The position numbers were made by a program, and so were the translations under genes. Shown here one piece after another: positions 50,664-64,000 of a stretch of 64,000 nucleotides of DNA (positions are counted from its first letter, which is position 1; the number at the start of each line of letters is the position of its first letter). Source of the stretch: Octopus sinensis. Lineage: Eukaryota. The stretch is from assembly GCF_006345805.1 (NCBI RefSeq), contig NC_043004.1, positions 28,334,001-28,398,000 of the forward strand, read 5' to 3'. The notes beneath the pieces were generated by a model, which saw only the letters and a list, made by a program, of their open reading frames with translations, was not told where the DNA came from and did not search any database.

Positions 50664-53600
50664 CAGATAGATAGATAGATAGAGAGAGAGAGAGGAAGAG
50701 AGAGAGAGAGCAATGATAGTAACAGTAGTTTGAAGAGAAGGAAGAGGAAATGGTGGCGATGTCAGTGTTGGTGGCGGCGGCGGAGACTAAGGTGTATGGA
50801 AAAATGAAGGAAAGAAGAAGAAGAAGAAGAAGAAGAAGAAGAAGAAGAAGAAGAAAAAGAGCTGGAGGATGAGGAGGAGTGAAGAGGCGGAGGAGGAGGA
50901 GGCGGAGGAGGAGAGGAGGGGAGGAGGAGGAGGAAAGTCGTGGTTGGTGCTCCTCTTGCTTTGTTGTATATAGTATTTCAGAAAACGTGAAAAATTCTTC
51001 TATGTCAAGAATAAGACGAGATGGTTCTATAGTAAAATGATCGTTTCTAGGGTTGATTACATAGCTTGACAGTAAGGGAGGGACAGATTATCGGTAAGCA
51101 AAAGATCCTTTACCTCAATTCTCTCTGTATTTGGTGATATTTTCTTTTCCAAGTGGTCTTTCGTTTGTTTATTGCTTTGAATTTTTAATAGCATGTTTCT
51201 ATATATTTCTATTTACTTATTTTATATATATATATCCGTTCATCCACACACGCGCGCACGCGCGCACACTCAAATACACACATGTATGTTTGCATGCATA
51301 TATATATATATATATATATAAATATATATACACACAAGCATATATATATATATAGATATAATTCCAGGTCAGTTTGATAGCTGATGTATGTGTACAAGTA
51401 TTATTTATTGCACATGGATAAATACGTGTGTTTGTGTATGTGTGTGTGTATATGCATGCTTCTATACAAAGACGTGACGTGTGTCTAAATACCCATATAT
51501 ATAAATATATTTGCATGTGTGTGTATGTGTGTGAGTATGTATGTGTGTGTGTATGCGTGTTAGACTTAATGAATGCATAAAATAGCTCCGAAAATCCAAG
51601 GAATCTCAGATATAGCGAATTAATTTAGCATCATTACTGTCTTTGTTATCATTTTCTTCGAAGAATTCTTCACGTTCATGTTGTTGCTGTTGTTATCGGC
51701 TTCCTTCTGCTGTAGTAAAATATAGTAGTAATAGTAGCATGGTATCTCTAGAATTCGAGGATATTTGTGGTGATTCTACCAAATTCTCTGGCAAAATGTT
51801 CTTCATCGATATGTTATATTTCTCCCATAACACACTAGCATATCGCGATTTTTGCTTCTTACTCTCTATAGTACTATGTTGAGTAACAGAAGTGGTTATA
51901 GATCTAAGATAGCGTTTCGTACTCACAATGGCGACTTGCTTGCCGTCTCCTTTTAATCGGGCCGTTTTTAGATTTGCATCTTCTCTACTGCTACAGATTT
52001 GACTTGATCGAATGCACTTTACAAATACGTTATTCTATACAACTGATAATTCTAGTGCCACAATGTTGATGGGTGACAGTCTAACAGAAAAATACAGCTT
52101 TCGCTTATTTACTTTTTCTATGTTCCCAAGCCATGTAGCATAATTTTTTAACCCCATATCTCCGGTTTTCGGTTCTTCATTAAAATCAGATCGTGTGAGT
52201 ACACATCCATTCATTCATACACTCTAACCATCTCTACAAATTCATGTTTGCCACGGTCATTATTTATTCTACACGAAAACCGAACAGTACCACTTCATAA
52301 TTATTAATCCCCTCTGTCGTTTGCCACTACAACACACACACGTTCGCAGCTCATTAGCACTGTCGATTGAAGATATATATAATTTGTCCCCAACCCCAAG
52401 GGTATATTTTCTTAAAATAATATAAGCAGTTATGATTTATTTGAAATTATAGTGCAGCCAACTCTCTGGGCATGACAACATATAACCTACCCTTTCTATG
52501 TGTAGATTCGAACCCCCTTCCTTCGAGCAGCAGTTCAAATAGGTATCAGTAATAGAATGGATCGATTAGCGCCATCCTTTACAAAAATGCTGTCCTTGTT
52601 CAAAGTCAAAAGAAATTTATATTTATAATAAAACGGGAGAAGAAATCTTGTACTTAACTAAACAGATTGCGTACCCTCCCTCAGGACATAACTAATTTTA
52701 ACGACTATATGTCCTGTTGTGATTGAGTGTATCTACGAAAAATTAAGTGTAACTGCATTTACCAGAGTGCATCTCTTTCACACTAGTTGCACCTATACTT
52801 CCGTTTAAAAAACTTCAAAGGAAAGCAGTAGCGCAAAGCTAGGCAAGTGTAGTATTATAGTGTTACAATGTTCAACATAACATTTACAGTTATAATAATT
52901 GTAACAATTCATTATTAATTAGATCCACCCCTTCATTTTATAATTTAGGATTTAGCATGTATAAACATATAAAAACGGTTGTCATGTCACTACACTTCAT
53001 ATACAATTCAATACGATTTCCTTCCTTGCAACAACTTCTTGTTCGCAACGCTATAGAGGTTATATTAGTAGAAGTAGCTGTTATTTATTTTATAGCTGTA
53101 CTATTTTGCATCACCTAACAGATTGCATATAAATGTTCATAACCCTGGATTTTAGCGAACGCGTACATACATAACAGACACGCGCGCGTACCTTCAGATA
53201 CACACGAACACACACACACAAAACGTTATGTCAGTTTGTTTATGGTGTGTATGTATGTGTGTGTATTTGTGTGTGTATAGTGTCCTTCTGTATGAGTGCA
53301 TATACGTATATATGCATACATATTCTATAAAATATACATATATATATACACATATATGTTATATACATATTTCCTATGTATAATACATAAGTATATACAT
53401 AAATGAATTTATACTATATGCAATATCTATAAAATAAAGAGTATATAATGTTATATATTATGTAGTCTATATTGCATGAAATATTAGAACATACATGATA
53501 TAAGTTACATATATCATGTATCATATATTTTACCTTACTATAAATTAAATATATTGCAAAATATATACTGTATATATATATATATATATATAATAATATA

Positions 53601-53675
53601 TAACATAATACATTTTAAGATACTATATCTCTCTCCTTCCCAGTCTTTAAATCTATCTATCTATTTATCTATCTG

Positions 53676-53744
<69 letters not shown>

Positions 53745-53989
53745 ATATATATATGTATATATGTTATGTGAGTGTATGTGTTTATGTATGTATATATAAT
53801 ATATATATATATATATTATAATATATATATATGTATGTGAGTGTATGTGGTTTATGTATATATATATATATATATATATTGTATGTGAGTGCATGTGTTT
53901 ATGTATATATATATATATATATATATATGCATAACATACAGTCGTATATAAAACAAATGCGTTACGTAAAGATATAAGTGTATATATGT

Positions 53990-54700
53990 ATATAATAAAC
54001 AAAATGTATATCATATATATCTGTATATATATAATACAATGTATATATATGTAATACAATTACATATATATATATATATATTATATATATATAATATATC
54101 TTATATAAATTATATACATCTTTATATATATATATATGAAATATAATACATATATATATATATAATTATATCTATATAATTTATATATATCTCATTGATA
54201 TGTATATATATAATTCATAAATATATATATAAATTATATATTATATTATATATAATATATATTATATATAATATACATATATTATTTTTATTTTATATAT
54301 TTATATAATACATATCAACGATATATATATATACATATAAAAATTATATATATATATTCAATTTATAAATAATATATCATGCGTATATCACTTATAATAC
54401 GTGGAATAATATATATATATATATATATATAATTACACACACATATATTCATATATATATATATATATGAATATATATATATATATATATAATATATATA
54501 TATATAATATATATATTACATATATACATGTACATATATATATATATATATATAGATATATATATATATATATATATATATGATATATTATTTGTATATT
54601 TAAATATGTATGTGTATATATATACATATATATGTATATATATATATATACATATTATATATATATGTCCATGTATATATAACATGTAATATATAATATG
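53990..54700. repeat. Extremely AT-rich degenerate (TA)n tract
   Basis: Almost exclusively A/T over ~700 bp by inspection. Confidence 0.9.
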
Positions 54701-54772
54701 CAAATATTGTGTGTAATACAGTAATATCAACAACAACAACAACCATAATAATTATAATAATAAAATATTATA

Positions 54773-54821
<49 letters not shown>

Positions 54822-54823
<2 letters not shown>

Positions 54824-54995
54824 AATCCGATATTGCAATACTTTGGAATATGAAATTTATACACGTTGTGCCTGTAATAATTGCTATTTTGGAAAATTTA
54901 AATGGTTGAATGAGATTGGAACAGAACGTCCGTGTAGATCTTCTACAGAAAGTTTGCTTGTTAGGGATAGAGAAAAATTATCAGGAGGGTTTTAA
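54822..54995 (+). mobile_element. Old R4/Dong-type RLE 3' fragment
   Basis: Reads IAILWNMKFIHVVPVIIAILENL...WLNEIG...VDLLQKVCLLG, matching the RLE C-terminus of the other copies; degenerate. Confidence 0.65.
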
Positions 54996-55096
54996 AACAC
55001 TATTGAAAGCTTGTGGAGGCCTAAAGTTACAGGTAGCCACTCGCTAACTACATATACTAACCACGAATTAGAACGACACGGAGTCAAATCACCATA

Positions 55097-55151
<55 letters not shown>

Positions 55152-55152
<1 letters not shown>

Positions 55153-55362
55153 ATCAGCGAGCAAGCCGAATAATTAGCACACCGGACAAACTGCTTAATG
55201 GCATTTTATCCATCCTTACGTTCAGGTTTGAAATCTACGGAGTTCGACCTTGCCTTTCATCCCTTTGGTGATCGATAAAATAACTAACAGTTGAGCACTG
55301 GATCGATTAAATGAATTAGCCGCTTCCCTCAAAATGTTAGCACATGTGCCTATTACAGAAAC
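55152..55362 (+). mobile_element. tRNA-derived SINE, group B (degenerate)
   Basis: GGAGTTCGACCTTGCCTTTCATCCCTTTGGTGATCGATAAAATAA matches the group B central domain. Confidence 0.75.
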
Positions 55363-55390
55363 AGTTATAATAAATTATTATAAACTACAT

Positions 55391-55569
55391 AGGCACATGA
55401 GTGGCTGTGTGGTAAGTAGCTTGCTTACCAACCACATGGTTCCGGGTTCAGTCCCACTGTGTGGCACCTTGGGCAGTCTTCTACTATAGCCTCGGGCCGA
55501 CCAAAGCCTTGTGAGTGGATTTGGTAGACGGAAACTGAAAGAAGCCCGTCATATAAATATGTGTGTGTA

Positions 55570-55621
<52 letters not shown>

Positions 55622-55816
55622 TCCCCCCCACCACCATCGCTTGACAACCGATGCTGGTGTGTTTGACTCCCCGTAACTTAACGCTTCGGCAAAAAGCGAT
55701 AGATTGAATAAGTACTGGGCTTACAAAGAACAAGTCCCGGGATCGATTTGCTCGACTAAAGGCGGTGCTCCAGCATGGCCGCAGTCAAGTGACCGAAACA
55801 AATAAAAGAGTAAAAG
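55391..55816 (+). mobile_element. tRNA-derived SINE, group C
   Basis: Full head, CORE-like segment, internal (GT)n and 3' tail. Confidence 0.92.
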
Positions 55817-55896
55817 TGTACCCATAATGAAATTATCGTTTCTTAAGTTATGCATGCATGCATGCATGCATGTATGTATGTATGTATGTATGTATG

Positions 55897-55927
<31 letters not shown>

Positions 55928-56549
55928 TTGTATATAAATCGTCTAAGATAATTCGAAGCTTTTTATTGTAAAAACTAAAAGAATCCATGTCTTCATTATT
56001 CATGATTCATTTGTCTGAAGATTATTATTAGTGAACTACTTACTTCTCCATCAAGAACATTTTATTCCTAAAACACGCACGCACGCACACACACACACTC
56101 ACACACACACTCACACTCACACACACACACACACACACACACCACACACTCATACACATGTATTTAACCTCCCAAAATATTGGTGCCATCAAATTGTGCC
56201 GACACCACTCCGTAAACTGGTTTCCATTAGGAAGGGCATCCAACTGTAGAAACCAAACTAAAACGGAAATTTATGAACGAGATGTGGTCTTCCGATCTAA
56301 GAACGCTCGCTCCATAAATCATAGAGGATGCATAACGAAGATGATGATGATGATGCTGATGATGATGATGATGTGATATATCTATATATGTTATATATGT
56401 GGTGTGCGTGTGTGCATATATACGTGTGTGTGTATGTATGTATACATGCTTGCACACAAAAGCACACGGAAGTGTATGATACATATATGCATGCACACAC
56501 ATGCACATAGACATATGTGTGTGTGCATGTTGATGTATATCTATCTATC

Positions 56550-56589
<40 letters not shown>

Positions 56590-56620
56590 GTGTATCTATC
56601 TGTCTGTCTATCTATATATC

Positions 56621-56651
<31 letters not shown>

Positions 56652-56683
56652 CTATCTAACTATCTATCTATCTATCTATCCAT

Positions 56684-56784
<101 letters not shown>

Positions 56785-57041
56785 TATATAATCACATGCC
56801 ACATGTACATATATGTTTGCGTGTTTACATAGTATGTGCATCTCTGACTGTGTATAAAAGGGAAAATAATAGGAGGAAGAAATCTAACCTGTCGTTCTGT
56901 CATCGATAAGGAGTTGTGTTTAAGATATCTGAAACCGAAAAGAGAATATTTTTTAACACGTTTTTAACGTATCATAATAACTCATCTGCATAAAATGTAC
57001 TGAGATACTAACATCACACCTGTAATCTCCTCTCATACATA

Positions 57042-57482
57042 TACTCTTTACTCTTTTACTCTTTTACTTGTTTCAGTCATTTGACTGCGGCCATACTGGA
57101 GCACCGCCTTTAGTCGAGCAAATCGACGCCGGGACTTGTTCTTTGTAAGCCCAGTACTTATTCTATCGGTCTCTTTTGCCGAACCGCTAGGTGACGGGGA
57201 CGTAAACACACCAGCATCGGTTGTCAAGCAATGCTAGGGAGACAAACACAGACACACAAACACACACACACACATACATATATATACATATATATATACA
57301 TATATATATACATATATACGACGGGCTACTTTCAGTTTCCGTCTACCAAATCCACTCACAAGGCATTGGTCGGCCCGATGTTATAGTAGAAGACACTTGC
57401 CCAAGGTGCCACGCAGTAGGACTGAACCCGGAACCATGTGGTTGGTTAGCAAGCCGCTTACCACACAGCCACTCCTGCGCCG
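57042..57482 (-). mobile_element. tRNA-derived SINE, group C
   Basis: Full-length reverse complement of the 45782 copy with (GTAAAAGA)n tail. Confidence 0.92.
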
Positions 57483-57820
57483 ATATGTAAATATCCCATT
57501 CATACTTGTGAAAATGACGTATCAATAAATATAAATTGTCTTTCTGTTCAATCAATTATCAAGATAATATTCAAATAAACTCAAACAGATAACTTTTAGA
57601 GATGTTCTGTGCAGCTTCTATGAATCTGTTGAAAGTATAAATTTGAACGTTACAAACTAAAAATAAGATTTGGGTTGACGGATTCGGTTGTTAATATCAT
57701 TATATATCATACATTCTGACACATCATTGAAATACAAAAGATATCAAAACGTATCGCAATCATAATCATGTGTATTTATTTCTTACTCTCTCTTCCTCTG
57801 CATAATTATACATACACTCA

Positions 57821-57863
<43 letters not shown>

Positions 57864-57997
57864 GCATGTATGTATATATATATAGAGAGAGATAGATAGA
57901 TGTATATGTAGTTACATATATACATACTCCTACATACATAGGTGCTTACATGTATGCATATATGTGTGTATATATCCATGCATATAATGCATATATG

Positions 57998-58040
<43 letters not shown>

Positions 58041-60557
58041 TACATACATACGTACATATATGTACTCATATGTATGAGTGCATATACGTATATATGCATA
58101 CATATTCTATAAAATATACATATATATACACATAGAGAGAGTGAGTACATATACAATAGAGAGAGTGAGTGAGAGAGAGTGAGAGTGAGACAGACAGGCA
58201 GTCAGACATGCATATATTTTTATAAACCTGAGAATGTTTACCATCTGACGTGAAACATGGAAACATAGATACGTAAGGCAGTGTTTATAGTGATGTCAAA
58301 GCAGGCATTTGGTACTCACTTGTACTCTATTTAAAATTCACCGTGCTCAATGTTTACATAAATTTCAAGTGTGTAAAATTCCTCGTCTGGAATATAATGT
58401 CTTTTAGTTCAGTTTCATTGTTTGATAATCTAAACTGGCATGTCCCTGTTTTGATTTGTACTATTTTTACAGCTACACTCATATTAATGCTTCGCCATAT
58501 GTCAGTCTAGATTTATACTCTCGAAAACCCATACTGACACATTTATGGGTGCATCATTGCATTGTGTCTCGTTTCAGAACTTTAGCATCTGCATTTTGAA
58601 ATAAAGTTCAAGGTTATTTGAAATTAAACACTTGTTAACGCTGCGTATGTCACTGTCATTACGTATATCATTCGTATAGTTTACTAAACGTCATGAAGAA
58701 TCCGTTGTTTCCCCGTGTGTGTGTTTGAAAAATGTGTCGATAGACTTAGATTCTACTCATACGCGTTTAGTTGCAGGGAAGTTATGTAAAAAAATGATTA
58801 CATTATCCTTAATGGTTTTCCAATATTATTCAGTTTGATCTGCTGAGTCAACTTGAATTGTCACATATCTTAAACAAAATATTCTGCAAATAGTTTAGTG
58901 TGGTGGCAATTTTACCGACTGTATACTTCCCATAGGGCATCCCTTCTTTGATGTAATAGCCCTTATTGCTTGACCGGTGGTCCTCAGATAGATACAGGCC
59001 CTCTACCACCAATAGTAGTGAAATATTCAATCGCCACCTCTTCAATATTAATAAAATGATAAAATATATTTTGCATCCATACAATGCTTGATACTCTGCC
59101 AAGGCTTTTGTCACGTTTAAATGTTGCATAACATCAAATATGGTCATCTGTCCCCTCTTTTTCAATCATAACAGTTTCCTACCCTCTTCCAATAAGAAAA
59201 ACTAACACTCTCACTATATTAAATACAGAGTTTGGTTCTTTGGAAACCTGTTACCAATAATGCTGCTGTTCACAAAATAACATACAAAATATACATAAAT
59301 AAATACACACATGCACAAACAGAAATTTCATTCTAACGGCACGATCTTCGAGTCAGGGTGTTTTTGGAAAAGAGGCAGATAAATTTAGCATCCTTTAGCC
59401 ACAAGGATGGATGAAATTGACTTAAATCTACCACCGGTTTTTTCTTGTATGTGTCTTCTTGACTTCGGAAAACTGAAAGGCCAATCGGCCATCGTGGTGA
59501 ATTATACACTGAATAGAAATTATATTTGTAGAGAACAGAGTTAATATAATACAAATCTAAATCTGAAGAGCTTTGAATTTTCTTCCTCTCGTTAACTCAA
59601 CCCTGAATCCAGAAACAAGATACTTCCTTTCATTGTGAATATCGGGTCTGGGCAGATTTTTTCAGGAAGCGGGTCACAGGGAATATGGATCATCATCACG
59701 TAGGCTGCGCTGCTAAGAATTTAAAGCTGACGTTTTTTGTTAGGCGTACGGCGTAGCACTCAGAAAGTCCAGCGGGTCACATTCTGCTGAAGAATAGTTG
59801 GTATTCTAGTCAATGACACATATTGAGTTGGGATTTAAATCTCGAGGTGCCTTCGCAATAGTATCCAGTTTAGTCTTCTTTCTTTGATATTTTATAGATA
59901 TCCCCAAAGTTATCAACGTTCTACGTCGATCTGGTTGTAATTCACTCAAGACATTTATTTTACAAAAGAACCATTATTCAGAAACACGATTGGGAACTAT
60001 TCTTGACTTAATTGTTAAAGAGCGCTCAGTAAATGCCTTACTACGAACCTGTGTTAAAATGTGACTGAGCTTGTGCGCGCTTGCATTTGTGCGTTTGTGT
60101 CTATGTATGAGTGTGTTTTGTGTGTGTGCATGTGCATGTGTATGTGAGTGTGTGAGCATCTGCGTTTGTGAGTGTATGTGTGTTTGTGTGTGTGCTTCTG
60201 TGTGTGTGTGTGTGTGTGGTGCGCGCGCGTTTTATCTAAATTTTGTAATGAGATAAAGTTTTGTTTGTTTTCCGCAGTTTGACCGAAATCAAAGCCGATT
60301 ATGATTAGTGAATGATAAAAGTGGTAAGGAAAAGAAGCCACTTAATTTCCGCCACAGATTTATGCAGATTAACGCATAAACATAATCTCTGCCCAACTGT
60401 AATATTTTCACATAGTTTGAACCTTCAATATGGAAATATTCCTTCATATACGCATGCATACATACATATATAAATATATATACACATACATTCACACATA
60501 TATACATATATGTATATATATATGTGTGTGTGTGTGTGTGTGCGTGTGAGAAGGAAA

Positions 60558-60593
<36 letters not shown>

Positions 60594-60966
60594 AAGAGAT
60601 AGAGAGAGCCTGCATGTCTGTTTGCGTGTCTTTTTGCTTACATATACTCAAGAAAAGCAAGTCAAATTACTTTGACTCGGTGCTCTTCGGGTCATTCACA
60701 GGCATTTTCAGTATTTCTCACATTACAGAGGTGACCAGCCTCTGTTGCTTCTCTCTCTGGAGTTCAATGTAGTCTGCAGAATACATTGAACTAAGTCCTG
60801 TTGATAATCTTCCGCGTACGTCTCTTCTTTTAAATTCCACTCATACGCCATTGGTCAACTCTAAACAACAGAAAAAGATGCTACGTAAACGAATCTCGAA
60901 GCTAACTTCTTCACGACACGGACATGTTTACCAGTCTTCTTGCCTTTCTGTCTGTGCGCTTGTATG

Positions 60967-61008
<42 letters not shown>

Positions 61009-63194
61009 TCTCATTCTTCCTTTCTCTCTTTCTTTCTCACTCTCCCCATCCTCTGTCCTTGTATCATTATAAACACACACTTATGTATATAATGGTTTGT
61101 AGCTGTTATTAGAAAGAAAATTTCGGGGTAAATTTGACAGCTTCCATAAAAATAAAGGAAACTACAATATGCCATCCAAAAATAAAAGTATTTTAAGAAA
61201 TCAAAACGGAAAAAATATCAACTACATTACGTAGGGACAGTCATGTTCCACAATTGACAACTGAGTCACAGTTACCAATTGTAAAACACGTGCGTTTGCG
61301 TATGCATGCACATCAGCAATTCATACTCCTTGGCCTGGAATATCTCAATTTTAAATGTTAACTTTAACACCGATTCGAGTTTAAAATTTAGTTTATACCC
61401 AGAGTTTCTTCTCTCTTTGCAACCCATTTTAGTCGTACATAGATATATTACATTGCTGCGGTGTTGGGGAAGGTCTTACCAAGCATACTAAGGGCAGTGG
61501 GACTGATACCGTTTACGTTTTGCTTCAAATGTTGCATGTAGACAACTGCAAGAAAACATGTACAGAGATCAATTTTATGAATTTCAACGTTCTGATTAGC
61601 GTTAAGTTTGGTGGGTGTTGGCACAAAATAAGTGAGACAGATGAATAGGGAGCGTCTGCGTGATGTTATCACGGAACGAAATCCGAGGATAGAGACCACT
61701 ATAGTAGGGATAGAAAATGCAGAGGAGTCAGGATGTCTGTGGGCAAGAGGTTATGTTTGTGATTGATTTCAAGCCAGTTACTCGTGAGGCCTTTCTCTAT
61801 GTGCAGCACAGGATGTCTGTGAATCTAGCAGCAGCTTTATCCCAAATATGTGGGCAGTAATGTAATGTGATCTAGAATGACTGTAACATCTCAGATAAGG
61901 AAGTAGAATTGTAATATATTGTGGGTTGTCTATGTGTGTAGTAGTAACACCGTCACTGATGTGAGACCAATATTCCGTTGGGGATCTCTCTCCAGCTTTG
62001 TCAGTGAGGCTGAAGGACCTTTTGGCTCTCGAGAGAATTACCTGTTACTGAAATGCAGTCTTGGAGTTTCAATGATATGCTTCACCAGCTATGATCCTCA
62101 GTGATTGTGAGGGGTTACCATTTGAATAATTTCTAGGCCCTAATATTTAAAGCTAAGTTCCGTCAGTCATATGTTATTTCTTTTATTTTCATTATATATT
62201 CAGACACTTGGCTAACATGACTTACAATTTATTTTAGCTAGATGCAATAAAACAGTTCAGTATCTCAGCTGGCATAATCAAACTAAAAAACGGCGGGTTT
62301 GAAACATCTAACTTTCCTTAGCTAAGTAGATTTAACTTCAAAAAATCAATGACAGATCAGATAATGTAGTTCGTGATACATCACGTCAAAATAAGACGGA
62401 ATAGCCATGATTGGAATATATTTAATCATAGCTTCACCTTAAGAAACTTGGGAGCTAAACAAAAGCTTTATATTTTATTTTAAACTTATTTCACAATATC
62501 GATTATGTCTAATCACATATCTATATACATCTTAGTCAAAACTGCCATTAAAATAGGTACTACCTAACACTTATTTTAGTGGGTAAAAATCTTCCACAGA
62601 ATTGAGATTTAGTAGAGAGTGCCATGATTTCAGTTTACGGACTTCAACGAAAATCACTTTTAATACGACGATTGTGAAAATGGAAACGACTTTATTATAT
62701 TAATGGTACTTCAATTTTCTACCTCAAAAGAATAAAGATTCAAACCTACACTGGAATATTTAACTCAATATAAAGAAGGTATAAACTAAATATCGCAAGA
62801 CATTTACTCTGCTGTTCTAATATTTCTGTCATCACAGTTTAATACTAATACATTAAAACCATTAGTCACAGGTAAATAATAGCAAAGCAATCCAGGTCAG
62901 AGTTTGAAGTCAGAAAGTTGGAGATCGTAACTACGCACAAAGTGCAACTTATTTGGACAGATCTTAAAAAATCGACAATTTTACTACCAAGCAAAGCATA
63001 AACACAAGGTCGCATATTTTCCAAGACAGGTGGCATTGTGGTTTTCATGTCTTTCTCTCTCTTTTACAGTGAACTGACATCATCAAAGATCGAAAATATA
63101 AACCTGAATAGACTCAGAAATCTCCATCCTACAACGTTTCTTTCCGATTAAGCATTAAAACTGTCACCCCTGTACATGTGAAAGCAAGTGTTGT

Positions 63195-63452
63195 TTATAC
63201 ATTATTTACATTATTTACATTCGGCGGATATTTGTCCTCATCTTGTTTGTTGTTAACACAACGTTTCGGCTGATATACCGCCCCCACCCAGCCTTCTTCA
63301 GGTGTCTTGGGGAAATTTCGAACCTGGGTTCTCATTCCTAAGGTATTTTTCGATGTTATTATTATTGTTGTTGTTGTTGTTGTTGCTGCTGTTGTTCAGC
63401 CCACTGCTTGGAATCGAACTCGGGATCATGGGGTTAGTAGACCGCGCTCTTA
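63195..63452 (-). mobile_element. Putative composite retroposon: tRNA-like head + (AAC/AAT)n linker + hammerhead-bearing tail
   Basis: Head GGTTAAGAGCGCGGTCTACTAACCCC...GAGTTCGATTCC (B box 63421-63410); linker 63396-63356; hammerhead-like fold 63306-63255; 3' (ATGTAAATA)n repeats ~63221-63199. Confidence 0.6.
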
Positions 63453-63512
63453 ACCCCAATATTCCGAGTTCGATTCCAAGCACTGACCTGAGCTACAACA
63501 ACAACAACAACG

Positions 63513-63572
<60 letters not shown>

Positions 63573-63574
<2 letters not shown>

Positions 63575-64000
63575 GAGAAAGCAACCATACTCTGGGATAT
63601 GCCGATACACACAGATAGAGAAATTAAGGCCAACAGACCAGATATAGTTGTCAGAGATCATGAAGAAAAAAAATACTTTCTAATTGATGTATCAATACCG
63701 GCAGATGACAACGTGTCTCTGAAAGAAATGGAGAAACTCTCAAAATACAAAGACCTGGAAATAGAGATAACTAGAATGTGGAACCTGAAAACAGAAACAA
63801 TTCCTATCATAGTAGGTGCATTAGGCATGATAAAAAAATATTCAGACAAATACATAACAAAAACACCAGGACTTACAAACACATATAACATACAGAAAAT
63901 TGCACAACTAGGCACTGCACACATCCTACGCAGAACACTTTCCATACAATAACCATCAGAGCATCACAACAAATCACAGCACATACCTAAGGCACACAGA
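63573..64000 (+). mobile_element. 5'-truncated, apparently young R4/Dong RLE LINE, running off the window
   Basis: Uninterrupted NEKATILWDMPIHTDREIKANRPDIVVRDHEEKKYFLIDVSIPADDNVSLKEMEKLSKYKDLEIEITRMWNLKTETIPIIVGALG...IAQLGTAHILRRTLSIQ* directly after (AAT)n 63513-63572. Confidence 0.95.

Noticed and set aside
58848-59165. 105-aa minus-strand ORF MKKRGQMTIFDVMQHL...
   Set aside because: No motif recognised; possibly a degenerate transposon relic, but not assignable without a database search.
61500-62120. Higher-GC stretch as a LINE RT remnant (also 20570-21050)
   Set aside because: No RT or endonuclease motif could be recovered by eye; left unannotated.
63302-63952. 216-aa ORF as a host gene
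   Set aside because: A chance fusion of repeat antisense, (GTT)n/(AAT)n runs and a truncated Dong RLE domain.

Overview
AT-rich, microsatellite-dense eukaryotic DNA. The repeat inventory (tRNA-derived SINEs, R4/Dong-type LINEs in (TAA)n, mariner/Tc1 fossils, Penelope-like elements) resembles a cephalopod (Octopus-like) genome; that assignment is inference, not verified. No intact host protein-coding gene could be identified, and most ORFs in the track are microsatellite artefacts. The window contains: 6 R4/Dong-type RLE LINE 3' fragments, 5 of them abutting (AAT)n in element-sense orientation; 4 Tc1/mariner/maT relics; several MITEs with identifiable TIRs/TSDs; a Helitron-type relic; 3 SINE groups (about 15 copies); and a decayed Neptune-type Penelope-like element (PLE) between ~390-bp inverted repeats. 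The most interesting signal is five minimal type I hammerhead-ribozyme-like folds in four unrelated short repeats. One sits downstream of a tRNA-like Pol III head, suggesting a SINE-like element with a PLE-type ribozyme tail. Three short minus-strand ATG-to-donor segments, all ending in phase 2, may be alternative first exons of a gene continuing left of the window (weak). Element boundaries were placed by eye and are approximate unless TIR/TSD positions are given.
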